A stretch of DNA of 64,000 nt, taken from Octopus vulgaris (lineage: Eukaryota). Below are positions 26,749 through 40,786 of this stretch, in pieces (the stretch's first letter is position 1; each line of letters begins with the position of its first letter). The notes below the pieces were generated by a model, which saw nothing but the letters and a program-made list of their open reading frames with translations, ran no database searches and had not been told where the DNA came from. The position numbers were made by a program, and so were the translations under genes. Location: positions 44,392,001 through 44,456,000 of the forward strand of contig OX597831.1 of assembly GCA_951406725.2 (NCBI GenBank). Direction: 5' to 3'.

Positions 26749-28781
26749 GTGGTGTAGCTACAGTGTAAGCTGCCACTCTACAGGCTTATACAGCAAACCC
26801 AAAAGTACTGCTTCCCTACAAAGGCTGCCCGGGATGGCCCATCCCCATTGCCCGTCCCATAACTATGCTACTGGACAGACAGACAGACGGAACAAGACGG
26901 GACATAACTTATTTCACTTTATTTCATTTATATTTATATAATTCATATAGCCATTAGCAAGCAATGGGCTCGTCGGTTACAGATTTCCAACAGCCCATTC
27001 ACTTGCACAAAGCTTTTCTAACAGCGTAACAAGGGAGTGTCTATAACTTGGTGCAAAACGAATATCACTTGGGACCAATGCTTACATCTTTTGTCATATA
27101 TATCAGTTGGGCATAAGAAGCATTAGATGTAGTGTGCAAGAGAAACAAGTGCACTGGTCTAGTCATTTGATGCATATGGACAAGAACAGCTGTGTAAAGA
27201 AGTGCCAATCTCTAACTGTTGAAGGGACCTGTAGTAAAGATAGACCCAGGAAGTCATGGGATAAGGTGAAGTATGATCTTCAAATGTTAGACCTCAGAGG
27301 TAATGACTAGTGACAAAGACCTTTGGCGATATGTTGACCTTGAGAAGACCCATCAAGCCAAGTGAAGTCAGTCGTAACCAATGCCAGTGTCACAGAACGG
27401 GCACCTGTGCTGGTGGCATGTAAAAAGCACCTTTCAAACAACAGGCCTCATGCAGGCAATGACAAATGACCAAGACCTTTGGCATTATGCCATGCTTGAG
27501 CAAATCCATCAAGCCAAGTGAAATTGTAGTAGCAGCAGACACCAGCGCCACACAACTGGCACCCGTGCTGGTGACACATAAAATCACCTATTACACTCTA
27601 AGAGTGGTTGGCATTAGTAAGGGTTTCCAGCTGTAGAAACCATGCCAAATCAGACTGGAGTCTGGTGCAGCCCCTCAGCTTACCAGCTCTGGTCAAACTT
27701 TCCAACCCATACCGGCATGGACAATGGATGTGAAACCATAATGAAATGATATGTATAAACACACACACAAACACATTCTCATATAAGACTTATTGCATCT
27801 TATTTGCTTCCACACTCCCCACTAACAAATACTACACTCTATAGTGAGAAGTTGTGCATATAAATTCATAGCAAATTTATTAATTGTAAATGATGATCTT
27901 CATAATAATTCTGTTGAGTTTCATAATAGAAGCTGACAATAATTTGTTATCAAATCTAAAAACAGAGACTCAACCACAAAGATTAAGTGAATTCAAAGTA
28001 GTCTGAAGTATGTATGTTTAATTCTCGATAGTACTTATGCCAAACCAGTAGGTTCACCACTTAGGCAGAGCATGCAGTGACTATAACTTCTGTATGCAAC
28101 ACAAAATAGCTTGTGATGTTCTGCAAATTTCGTCAGCATTGCAGTGATTAAATATTTTTTGGCAACAAAGGAAAGTAATACTCTAACAAAGAATGTTACG
28201 TTATCTGTGTAGCAGAAACTTGAACTTATAAGGTCATTAGAAGTGTGCGGTGATTAAAAAGCAGTTTCGGAGCTGATGAAGGAGCCTACAGGAAATAACA
28301 GCTAAATTCCCCATAAATCACACCATTATCATCATCATTTTAACATCCATTTTTCCAAACTTGCATGGATCAGACAGCATACAGAGAGGCAGATTTTCTG
28401 TGGCAGGATGCCTTTCCTGTTGCCAATCCTTCACCTGTTTCCATACAAGGCATTATTTCTTTTATGGCCAGACATGTGCCAGCAGAAAATTGGAAATAAA
28501 TGACACTCTTTGTATAACAGTGACAGTCATTTACAACTGGGTCACATGAAAAGCATCCAGTCCACACTGTGAAGTGGCTGGCGTTTGGAAGAGCATTCAG
28601 CTATAAAAAAATCATGTTCATGCCATGTAAAAGCACTCAATCCACTCAGATGGATGGTTGGTGTTGGGAAAGGCATCCAGCCATAAAAACCTAAAAAATA
28701 GACTTTGAGCTTGGTGCCGTCTTCTGCCAGACCAGCTCCTGTCAAAGCATTCAACCCAGCATGGAAGACACATTAAATGAT

Positions 28782-29161
28782 ACTCTTTTACTTGTTTCAG
28801 TCATTTGACTGTGGCCATGCTGGAGCACCGCCTTTAATCGAGCAACTCGACCCCAGGACTTATTCTTTTGTAAGCCCAGTACTTATTCTATCGGTCTCTT
28901 TTGCCGAACCGCTAAGTAACGGGGACATAAACACACCAGCATCGGTTGTCAAGCAATGCTAGGGGGACAAACACACACACGCATATATATATATACATAT
29001 ATACAACGGGCTTCTTTCAGTTTCCGTCTACCAAATCCACTCACAAGGCTTTGGTCAGCCCAAGGCTATAGTAGAAGACACTTGCCCAAGGTGCCACGCA
29101 GTGGGACTGAAACCAGAACCATGTGGTTGGTAAACAAGCTACTTACCACACAGCCACTCCT
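28782..29161 (-). mobile_element. Family A SINE (another copy at 29587-29989, minus)
   Basis: Homology to 5971-6365. Confidence 0.85.
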
Positions 29162-30477
29162 GATGATGATGATGATGATAACATGATGTTGAGACAAGAC
29201 ACAAGCATACTCATACTTACACACAGCTCCTTAGAACATACCTCCTTAATTTATACACTGTAGTTGAGCACCGACTTTTTTTTCCAGTATCTACTATAAT
29301 AATGCTGTCGTGTTTTTCTCCGTCACAACATATGAATGAGAAAGGAAGGAGTGGTAGATGAATAAGGAAGGGGTGATGGCAAACTGGTAGTGGGAGTGTT
29401 TCAACTCTGTGTGAGTATATGTGTGTGTATGTAAAAAGGAGGTATGTGAATGTTTGTGTTTGTCTGTGTGTGTGTATATGTGCATGCAATAGAAATGGGA
29501 TGATGAACATTCAACGCTGTAAAGAAAAATCAAACAGCGTTTCAACTCTGTGTGACTGTATGTGTGTACGTGTACAAGGGAAGTACCTCTTTACTCTTTT
29601 ACTTGTTTCAGTCATTTGACTGTGGCCATGTCGGAGCACCACCTTTAGTCAAGCAAATCAACCCCAGGACTTATTCTTTGTAAGCCTAGTACTTATTCTA
29701 TTGGTCTCTTTTGCCGAACCACTAAGTTACAGGGACGTAAACACACCAGCATCGGTTGTCAAGCGATGTTTGGGAGGACTAACACAGACACACAAACATA
29801 TACACACACATACATATTTATACATATATACGACGGGCTTCTTTCAGTTTCCGTCTACCAAATCCACTCACAAGGCTTTGGTTGGCCCAAGGCTATAGCA
29901 GAAGACACTTGCCCAAGGTGCCATGCAATGGGACTGAACCCAGAACCATGTGTTTCGTAAGCAAGCTACTTACCACACAGCCACTCCTGTGGATGTTTGT
30001 ATGTGAACCAACGTTCTTTTAGTAACAAACAACGATCAATGTCACATTTCAAAGACAACCACTAGATAACATTGACAAGTGTGTTAATATGAATTACCAG
30101 TGCCGCCTCGACTGGCTTCTGTGCCAGTGGCACGTAAAATGCACCAATCCGACCGTGGCCAATGCCAGCCTTGCCTGGCACCAGTGCAGGTGGCACGTAA
30201 AAAGCACCCACTACACTCACGGAGTGGTTGGCATTAGGAAGGGCATCCAGCTGTAGAAACATTGCCAGATAAGACCGGAGCCTGGTGCAGCCTTCTGGCT
30301 TCCCAGATCCCCGGTCGAACCGTCCAACCCATGCTAGCATGGAGAACAGACGTTAAACGATGATGATGATGATGATGATTTATATATGAAATACTACAAT
30401 TAGCCCTCATTTTTGATGACACGAGGCCAGCTAGTAATAACATAAAACACAAACAAGTTCTAATTTACAACTAGTTA

Positions 30478-30483
30478 TTTATT
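30478..30483 (-). terminator. Probable PET100 polyadenylation signal
   Basis: AATAAA on the minus strand ~330 nt after the stop. Confidence 0.45.
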
Positions 30484-30813
30484 CATAAAAAAATCAATAC
30501 AGTTTTGTATAACAAAACAATGTTTGTATAATAATAACTTTTCTTCGAAACTTTCTCTCTTCATTATATTACAATACAGAAGGAAACTTTCTCACATTTC
30601 AGATCTGTTTGGGATTTAAAAACAAAAAAAAAAAAAACAGATCAAAGCCACAAATGATAGATAATTCCCTCGGCTACATTCATCCCTGATGGCAATAATT
30701 GTTAGCACCAGCCTTAAACATTTCAATTCCTCAGCCCAAAGAGTAAGTCAAAATATCCACAGCACTCCAACAGCTCGAAATAATACAAGGGCTGGCAATA
30801 ACACTAGATGCTT

Positions 30814-30894
30814 TTAAGTGTTCTTCGTCATTTTTTCCCACTCTGCGATTCGTTTTTCTTCCACCATTTGTTTCAGTGATTCAAAACTCTTTCT
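30814..30894 (-). CDS. PET100: PET100 coding exon 4: RKSFESLKQMVEEKRIAEWEKMTKNT*
   Basis: TTTACAG acceptor, 81 nt to TAA; charged helical C-terminus; total 30+87+33+81=231 nt = 76 aa. Confidence 0.8.
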   Translation of the reverse strand, partial: RKSFESLKQMVEEKRIAEWEKMTKNT

Positions 30895-31747
30895 CTGTAA
30901 ATATAAATATAAAGACATATATATATATATATAAAATGCAAAATGGGACAAGAACGCAAAACATCTGGACAACTAGGTGATACGAAAAGGGACAACAAAA
31001 CATCCAGATAGAAGATACAAGAAAACAAGGACGGGTCATTCGAAGCTTTCTATCCTCAGTCAAGAACCAGATCATCCTCGCAATTTCAGCTGATTAATCT
31101 TGAGATTGCTCCATTCTGGCCAGCCCCAAGGAAAAACTAAGCTACGAGCATTAGATTCCTTGGAAGAAAGCATCGAATGTATATGAGAACAAGAACGGAA
31201 AAACAGACAATGTTACACAAATATAAATACAATCTAAATACAATAAAAATAATAATAGCAGGACATAACAACAGGTGTCTTTCGACTGGGGACAAATTGA
31301 ATTCAGCTGGCTGGTGGGGAAATGAAGCTTTACGGAAGATATATATATATTTGTGTATTTAATTTCTTTTTTTTTTACATGCTCGCATGAGTTAGAGGAA
31401 TACATATTGTTGAGGCGTTGTGTTACAGCTCGATGCCCTTCCTCTCACAAACTCTTACTTGTTTTTTGAGTAAGGAAGTTTTCGTTCTGTGCTGGTCTTC
31501 AAAACCACAGAGCTGATCAGAGTTGACAGGAACATTGCGGTCCATAGCCCAGCCATTTTCCATGCAAGTGTACAATGTAAACATTCATAATCACACACAC
31601 ATACAGCGTGTGGGTGTGGGTGTATGTGTGTGTGTGCACGTGCACCTGGAGGATCCAGAAAAAGGGGAAGACCAAAAGAGAGAGCAAAGAGTGATGGAAT
31701 TTGATCTCAGGATGCAAATACAGGAACACACACATACATAACTCTAC

Positions 31748-31795
<48 letters not shown>

Positions 31796-32293
31796 CCTTG
31801 ACTCAATTAGTTACTTGGTACATATATATATATATATATCAACAATTGAGGGTAAAATTAATTAATTAATCAATTTCACCAAGTGTTCAGTATGTAAAAG
31901 GACCATTTAAGGCGAATGGGGAGTGCAGAATTTTACGCCTGCGCATTTTGAATTTGTTGACACTGTTAGTTGGAGTGGTTCATCTGAAGCGACAAGTCGC
32001 TGATAGGTATAAAGTTCCTTCTTTTTAGTGTTTCCAAATCCAAATTAAGAAATTTTGAGCTGACGAAAGAAATGCTGATTTTATTTGGCTAATCTTGAAA
32101 TGTTGACGTACTCAAACGATCTATGTACTTGTGATATTTTTCTGTATTTACCCCCAAACCTTCGTGAGCTGTCTAGAGTAAACATTATCTGAGAGAAATT
32201 TTCTTTAAGTAGTAGAAATGCTAAGAAAATTTTTTTTGGCTGCTATTTCTACTAAGTTCAGTATGTGACAAAGTAATTTATTTTACTAAGCCC

Positions 32294-32364
<71 letters not shown>

Positions 32365-32365
32365 G

Positions 32366-32629
32366 TATATCGTTGCTATCATGTTGAACTGTTGTATGTC
32401 CAAATTTGGCAAAATGCTTCTTTTTTTTTTTGCAATATTTATTTTTGTTTGCAATAGCCAGTTCTTTTGGTCAAACTATCATATCTCCAGTTGCTTAAGA
32501 TGCCAAGATATCGAAAATTGCCAAAGTGTAGTGCAACAGTTTTGCTTTGAAATGGTGAAACTATTTTTTCATTTTCTGAAAAAGCATCGCTTTGGATTTA
32601 TGACATTTTTGCATAATAGCAACGATATA
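32366..32629. mobile_element. MITE in a TA microsatellite
   Basis: TIRs TATATCGTTGCTATCATG / CATAATAGCAACGATATA. Confidence 0.6.
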
Positions 32630-33218
32630 TGTATATATATACATTAGCCAAAGAGCTTCCATTCATAAAGCCAGATTATACATATATACGTGTATATATA
32701 TATATATATATATATATATGGTCAATATATGTATATATGTATATGGTCACAGAATATTTAAAATGAATGACATCACTTGTATGACATTGACAATCATTTT
32801 ACAACTATCACACAATGTCAGGGCCAAAAGATACAATAATACACACGCATGCATGCATATATACATACATATACACACACATATATATGAGCATACACAA
32901 TAGGCTTCTGCAAAATTTTGACAACAAAATCCACTCACAAAGCTTTGGTCGACATGAGGCTGTAGAAGAAGACACTTACCCAAGGTATCATATAGTGAGA
33001 CTGAACCTGGAACCATGAGGTCAGAAAGCAAACTTCCTGCCACACAACCATGTCTGTACCTATTCATTGTCCAAATTTTTTAAGATGACAAGATATGATT
33101 GAAGGGAGATTTAGTTGCAATTTCTTGCAAATTTGAGAGACCACACAGAGGCTCCCTAATTGATTTGTATTGTTATTGTTGATTAGCCTAGATCGACTCT
33201 GTTCAAACATATCTATAA

Positions 33219-33449
33219 TTAACCCTTTGGAGACAGAGCCTCATTTGGAGTGTCAACGCCAAGAAGACAGAGCCCTTTTCTCAAGCCCTACAAAGGGCAT
33301 GCACCTATTTTGCAAAAGCAATTATAAAAAAATAAAGTAATTACTTTACATATATAAAACTACATTCTCGTAGGAATGACCTAAGACTATCTTCTTCATC
33401 ATTCGACTTTTCAACTGATAGATCAGCCCTGTCATCTCCTAAGGGTTAA
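33219..33449. mobile_element. piggyBac-type MITE
   Basis: TTAA-CCCTTTGGAGA ... TCTCCTAAGGG-TTAA. Confidence 0.7.
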
Positions 33450-33796
33450 AGACACGCTAGTCTTGAACATGCTCCTTTATTTTTGTCTTTTGGACAGTGA
33501 ATTATATTATCTAATGTGTTTTTTCTTCTTCCAGGGGAAATTTGAGGGAAATTTGGCTACTATTTCTAGCAAGTTGCAAAACCATATAACAGCTATCTAA
33601 TTGGTTCATATTTGCATGTGAGACGTTATTAAAGTGTTAATCTTCGTTTTATAATGAAAGATGCATGCTGCTAATTATTACCAAGGGTTACAATTTTCAT
33701 GGGGTGAGATAGGATCAAAGTGTAAAACCCAAAACAACTGACAAATTTCAGATTCAAACATGAACATTCCCCACAGCCCCGACACATTGTTTAGAT

Positions 33797-34587
33797 CAGT
33801 GGTTCTCAACCAGGGTCCATATAAGATTTTACAGGGTCCATGCAACAAAATAGTAAATTAGGGGGTGTCCACAATAGAATTTTAGGGGCTCCTGAAAAAA
33901 TTTTGATTGAAATGTATGTATTAGCATTTATTGCAGGAAACAGCTAGGTTTCTTTCTCTAACATTTTACATAGTTCAACCTAAACAAGTTAGTGTGTGAA
34001 AAACAAAATATTTGGAAAGAAATATCTATAAAACTAATTTTTAACCCTTTAGTGTTCAGATTAATCTGTTAAATGTAATACTTTTTTCGCTCAAATTATT
34101 TTCAATTAATCATACATTATCTTACAGCTTTGAAGTTTCAATGGTGTGATAGTTTATTCTTAGAATGTCAATGTAGGTTAGGTGTGAGGGGTTAGATATG
34201 GCCAGTTTGAATGTAAACATGTAGGATATTTGGGCCGGATATGGCCGGCTTAAACACCAAAGGGTTAAACATTGAAAGGCTATGGTGGTCCACCAGAGTA
34301 AAATAAAAAAAAACCCAAATGGATCCATAGATAAAAAATAAAATACTTGAAAACCCCTGCTTTAAATGTAGGAGTTGGAATGTATTGCAAAAAACAGCTA
34401 GGGTCTCTTTCTGTAACATTTTATATGGTTCAACCGACACAAATTAATGAGTGGAAAACAAAATAGGAATTTTGAAAGAAGTTTCTATAAAGCTAGTTTT
34501 TAAACATTGAATAGCTATGGGAGTCAATCAGAAAAAAATAAGAATTAAAAGGGTCCAAAGATAAAAAAAAATGGTTGAGAACCCTTG
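33797..34587. mobile_element. hAT MITE with a nested piggyBac-type MITE (34041-34268)
   Basis: CAGTGGTTCTCAACC / GGTTGAGAACCCTTG, 8-bp TSD GTTTAGAT (33789-96, 34588-95); nested TTAACCCTTT...AAAGGGTTAA. Confidence 0.8.
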
Positions 34588-36179
34588 GTTTAGATCATAA
34601 AATGCCTTAAGGGTAAGTAAAAAGGAGACAAAACATAACAAGGGACGTAACTTGGTAGCGTTTGCATCATAGAACGAAGTTTTCTCACCTTCCTCCCAAA
34701 ATACTGTTTAAGCAACAACAAACAACACAAACAAAATCTTGTAGAATAAATTACAATAAATATAGAGATGCAGGTCATGTGGTTAAGAAGTTTGCTTTGC
34801 AATCACATGGTTTGGGGTTCAGTCCCACTGTGTGGCACCTCGAGTGTTTCCTATTACAGCCCCACGCTGATCAATGGCTTGGGAGCAAATTCAGTAGAAG
34901 GAAACTGTGAGGAAGCCCATTGTGTGTGTGTGCCTATGCATTTGTGCCTATGCACGTGTTTGTGTCTGTCTCCCCATTCCACTTCACATAGCAACCGGTG
35001 TTGGTTTGTTTACATCCCTTTAACCCTTTTGACACTTAACTCTGCATACAAGTGCTGTACCTTCATTTCCAGTCTTCTGCGAAAACATGTCTAGCTGTAG
35101 GGAAATATTACTTTGCTTGGAATCAGATGAGGGTTGGCAAAAGAAAGGACATCACAGCAAAGAAAATGTACCACAATAGATCCTCTTTGATCCATATATA
35201 TATATATATTTTGTTTTTGGATTTGGTTTGCAAGATTCTTTTTGTGAGTTTGTGTGTTGAAGCATATTTTGTTGTGTCTGAGGAGAGTCATTCTCTTTCA
35301 GTGCTTTATTATTTAACACACTCACCAGTAAAGTTTCCACTCATTTACTTTTCCCTAAAATTTTCGTTGCGTCTTGCAACCTTGTCAATAGTCGTTGACT
35401 CTATCCATTATCCGACAACTGAAAAGGTTGCAAGATGCAACGAAAGTTTTAGGTAAAAATAAATAAGTAAATGAGCGGAAACTTTACCAGTGAGTGTGTT
35501 AAATAAGGCACTAAAAGAGAATAACCCTCCCCAGACACAATATATGTGTGTGTGTGTTACAAAGGTAATGAATTAAAAAAATAACGCGTCTCTTTACCTG
35601 CGTGAGTTGAGAGTATTACTGTCTGGGAGATATCTTATGGTAGTGGAATAGTATTTAACTGCTATTTCTAAATTTCGGTATGTGGTGAAGCAATTTTTGC
35701 TGAACCCTAATTATAATTATGCTTATAATTATAGAATTTTTGTATAAGGTTACCGATAATGGTTCTTTTAACATACCAAACTATTTGGTAAAATTATTAA
35801 TTATTAATTGATTAATTAATTTTACCCTTTATATTATATATATATATATACACACACACACATACACACTCACACACAGGAATAAAGCAGTTTTTGGTAG
35901 TGTACAGGTAGAGAATAGTAAATTGGTAATAATAAGGTTATTCATAAGAACTGAAGAAATTGATTCCTTAGTTTACATGGGGACGGAGGGGGGGAGCATG
36001 TGAGTGGGTGTGGGTGCGGGTATGTTTGAGGTTGTGTACAGAAAGTATTCAAATTTTTCAAGGAAGCGGAATGGAATGAAATAAAATCAAATGTAACAAA
36101 GTAAAATAAAGCTGGGTATTTACATTAAAACATTTAAGAATCATTTCATTTCAACTTGGAAAAACTGGAAATACTTAAA

Positions 36180-36229
36180 TATTTATATATATATATAAAA
36201 ACTCAAGAACAATTCCATCATTTCTTCTT

Positions 36230-36286
<57 letters not shown>

Positions 36287-36598
36287 ACACACATACATAC
36301 ACAAATATATATATACACACACACATATACATACATACATACACACATATATACAAATACAGACACATATATATACACATATATACATACATATATACAC
36401 ACACACATACACACATATATATACACACATGTACATATATATATACACACACAGAGACATATATATATATATACATACACACTTACATATATACACATAC
36501 ATACATATATACAGACACACACACACACATATATATATATACACATATATACACACACATACATACGTACATATATATACACACATATATTATACATA
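36180..36598. repeat. Compound (TA)n/(CA)n microsatellite (similar tract at 38545-39040)
   Basis: Direct reading. Confidence 0.95.
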
Positions 36599-36895
36599 AC
36601 AAACTTCTTCAGCTAGATACATTACTAAATATGTAAATTAAAGAAAGCAAAAAGATAAGAAAAGGTGGAGTGGGGGGGAGGGAGAATGGGGGTTGGGTTG
36701 GGTTGGGTTGATATTTTCTAAGTAGTTTCTGAAGCAAGTCTAAATACAAAAGGGGCCAACTAAGCGCCGAGACTTGTGCTGCAGCAATAGCTGGGGGAAA
36801 GGGAGGCAACGGATGATGGCGATGATGATGCTGATGATGATGCTGGTGAGGATGGTGATTACAAAGGAGATTGAAATCAACAAAGGAAAGCTTAC

Positions 36896-36928
36896 ATCAT
36901 CCACTGTCTCTTGCGGGAAAAGAATTTT
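36896..36928 (-). CDS. PET100: PET100 coding exon 3 (33-nt microexon): KILFPQETVDD
   Basis: Long T tract + TTTGCAG acceptor, GTAAGC donor, phase 0/0; LFP aligns with LWPP/LFPP of PET100 proteins. Confidence 0.8.
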
Positions 36929-38099
36929 CTGCAAAGAGAAAAAAAGAGAAAAAAAAACAAATTTTAAAAAAAACAGGAAAAAAAATCAATAAATAATTCA
37001 AATGAGAGAATTCAAAATGGAAGAGAATATCTGTTTCTTTGTTTTTTGTCCCTTTTTGTTGTTGTTTTTCTTTTCAATTTGATAATTTCCTAATTTATTT
37101 TAAACCAACATGAAATGCTCTTTTTTTGTGTTTTTTCGGGGAATTTTAGGTGGACAATGGTTTTATTTATTTAACTTTTTCCCTATTTTCTTCTTTGTCC
37201 ATTTTTTCTTTTTTCTAAGTGCAAATTGCTCGGAAGTCTTTCTCCAAACCGACCACTACTGCCACTACGGCCATGACTACTACTAAAACAGTACAATAGG
37301 CGATTAACAAAGCCTTTATTCAATTGCTCAGTCTGCTAGGAACAGTAGCTGATTTTAATCTGAAATCATGCTCTTGCTATCTTTCGAAAAAGAAAGAAAA
37401 CGGAACACACAGAATTTGTATTCCAAGAAATACAATGACTATGAAAAACAAAAAAAAAGGATGGGACAGTTACCGCTAGACTGAATTTATCAGGATTAGA
37501 TCAGGACTAAGCAACAACACTACAAACACAAAGCTTATCTATGTACACACACACATATATATATACACACACACACACACACATATATATATATTTTTTT
37601 TTTAAATAGGATAAAATCTTTATAAGAAATTATCAAGTAGTTAGCGTGAAAAACCTCGTAAGAGAAAAAAATCTGTAAATTTTTTCAACTTTGAAAATAC
37701 TTATTTATATTATATAGAGGGTACTATTATTCATAGGTACCGCATGCTAGGAGGGACTATTGCAGTCAAAACTACTTAAATAAATGGTACCCTCTATATA
37801 ATATAAATAAGTATTTTCAAAGTTGAAAAAATTTACAGATTTTTTTCTCTTACGAGGTTTTTCACGCTAACTACTTGATAATTTCTTATAAAGATTTTAT
37901 CCTATTTTTAAATTGATATTTTTCGCCGGAATAGTTCAATACTGAATTTTTGTTCCGAGTAGGCAAGTTGTTACCGAAATGCATTGCGAAAAAGCCCGCC
38001 ATTTTCATAGATATGTAAAGATAAACATTCGTACATGCTGCGGCGAATTCTACGGTTGGTTGTCGGGTATGTGATGTTGTGTTTTTTCTTATATGTCTT

Positions 38100-38176
38100 G
38101 AATTCGTTGCACTGAAGAGCATAGAATGCATATTCTGCATTGATTGCGAAATCACAGGTGATATGTAACTAAATTC
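38100..38176 (+). ncRNA. Type I hammerhead ribozyme, canonical core
   Basis: Stem I GTTGCA(38106-11)/TGTAAC(38164-69) extended by GAATT/AATTC; CTGAAGA 38112-18; stem II closed by GCA/TGC; GAAA 38148-51; stem III ATCAC-AG-GTGAT; cleavage triplet ATA 38161-63. Confidence 0.8.
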
Positions 38177-38290
38177 TGTTTTTAAATGACTCGCTTTGAA
38201 GTTTTGCACTCGGTACAATTTGTTTATTTAAGTAGTTTTGACTGCAATAGTCCCTCCTAGCGTGCGGTACCTATGAATAATATTACCCTC

Positions 38291-38323
<33 letters not shown>

Positions 38324-38829
38324 CATATACATATATATATATAGTTAACCCAAAGAAGAAAGCACAAAAAAAAACACTACAACGCAAGGACGTGGAACAA
38401 ATATAGTATTATTAGACGCTCAGGAAAGAAGGACAGAAGAAGGGTTTAACATTTCGAGCAGAGCTCTTCATTGGAAACATAGAAGGAAAGATCCAGAGAA
38501 GGGAAGACAGAGGAAAAAAAAATGAAATGGTACACACGAGGTCACACACATACATATATAATATATACATACATACATATATATATACACATATATATAC
38601 ATACATACATATATTTATACATACATACACATATACATACACATATATATATATACATACATATAAATATATACACATACACATACATATAAATACATAC
38701 ACATACATATATATACATACATATACATACACACATTCATATATATATATATATATATGTACATACATACATATGCACATATATATATATATATACATTT
38801 ATATATATGTACATTATATATATATATAC

Positions 38830-38876
<47 letters not shown>

Positions 38877-38992
38877 TTATATATATATTATATATTATAT
38901 ATATATATATATATATACATTTATATATATATGTATATATATATATATATATATATACACATTTATATATATATATACATACACATATATAC

Positions 38993-39025
<33 letters not shown>

Positions 39026-39152
39026 TATATATATATACACTTGCGGGGATGATCCGGTGCTTGACTGAAGATTGAAGGCTTCGAATGTCCCGTCCATGTT
39101 TTTTGTATCGTCTTCTAAATGTTTTGCGTTCTTGTCCCAGATTGTATTTTTT

Positions 39153-39188
<36 letters not shown>

Positions 39189-40786
39189 CACACACATATA
39201 TATATACACACACATTGGGTAAATGTCTCGGGTCAACCAAAGCCTTGTGAGTGGATTTGGTAGGTGGAAACTCAAAGAAGCTCGTTGTATATACATATAC
39301 AAGTGTGTGTGTGTGTGTTTCCCCCACACTATAGCTTGACAACCAATGTTGCTGTGTTTACATTCCCATAACTTAGCAGTTCGGTAAAAGAGACTGATAG
39401 AATAAGTACTAGGCTTATAAAGAATAAATCTTGGGGTCAATTCTTCTGACTATAGGCATTGCTCCAGCATGGCCCCAGTCAAATGACTGAAACAAATAAA
39501 AGAATACCAGCAGAAACACCACCCTCCGGGAATTTTCTGCTGACCACTTGATAATGCTTTCACATTTGATTCCCATTTCTAATCATTTTTATATTTTACA
39601 TCTAATTATTTCTTTGTATAATAGTGCTCACTTGCTTAGTAAATATTGCTTTCATTATTTTATCACATTCATAATCTCTCTTTTTTAAACAAACATCACA
39701 GTAGTCCAACAACAGAGGGAGGAGCAGTTTGTCAAGTTTTACCTTCCCCTAAAAAGAAACATTGAGATTTCAGTTTAGCAGCCCATCTGTAAGTGTTGCA
39801 GTGTGTGTGTGCGTGTGTGAGTGAGAGAGAGAGAGAGAGAGAGAGAACATTGCAATGAATGAATGAAATAAACATGAAACGAAAAAATTGTATAAATAAG
39901 ATGTATACACCCCCGACTTTGTTGCCTCTTAACATCCAGAAAAATGGATACTTTTTAACAAAATTTTCAACAAATACTGCTTAGATATTGTGGCTTCAGA
40001 GTATATAGGGATTTATGGGATAGAAGTTTTGCGAGGAGATGGAGAGAGGAGTCTCAGAAAATTCACACAATCTAACTTTTTTCCCTCATAACTTTCAGGT
40101 ATCTTTTAATAGAAAATTTATACAAATCCTTTTCAAACAGAATAGATTACGATTATAAAGAAATTTGTGGGGGAAATATTTTTGGGGATTTTTTCCCCTT
40201 TTTTTTTTAAACCACAGCCTTCGAAATGGTGGGGTTGGTGGGGGGGAGCATCTTTGTATGAAAAAAGCTTTGAAAACTCTTTTCCTTTTGCACCCCCGTC
40301 CCTCATCATCCCGCTCCAGACCTATTTTGGTCAATTGTTTTTGCACTTTAAAACCATGGGAAGAGGATTTCCAGTAAAAAAAAGTTTTTCTAAATTGTAA
40401 ATATTTTCAGAGGAAAAAGTGATTTAAGGGTGATTTGGTTGTTGTTTCAAGCACATCCAAAGATAACCCTCCACATTTCTTTATCACTCTCACATGTATT
40501 GATGTTTTGCAATATTTTTTCCCCATAAATACATTTATATGCTATAAAAAAGAAAATTTGAGAAATTATGAAATTTTTTGCAACCCTGCTCCCTGCCCCC
40601 AATTGTTTCTGTTTAGAAATTAAAATATTGGAGAGCCTGGCATTCATCCACAGTGATTTTTAAAAAATTACGGAGATGTACTCGCATAGCAAGTGACTTG
40701 ATCTGAGATTGTGCGCTTAAACAAAAACAATTGCAGCGTAGGTGTTTGTAAGCCATTCAAGAACACTCAGAAACCGTTAGTTTCAC

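Noticed and set aside
28272-28302. CTGATGAAGG...GGAAAT as a hammerhead (similarly 1641, 18740, 31030-31060, 39065)
   Set aside because: Stems I-III or the GAAA/NUH elements could not be completed convincingly
36609-36992. ORFs around the (GAT)n-rich tract as an extra gene
   Set aside because: Only the 33-nt segment bounded by splice sites fits PET100; the rest is low-complexity intron
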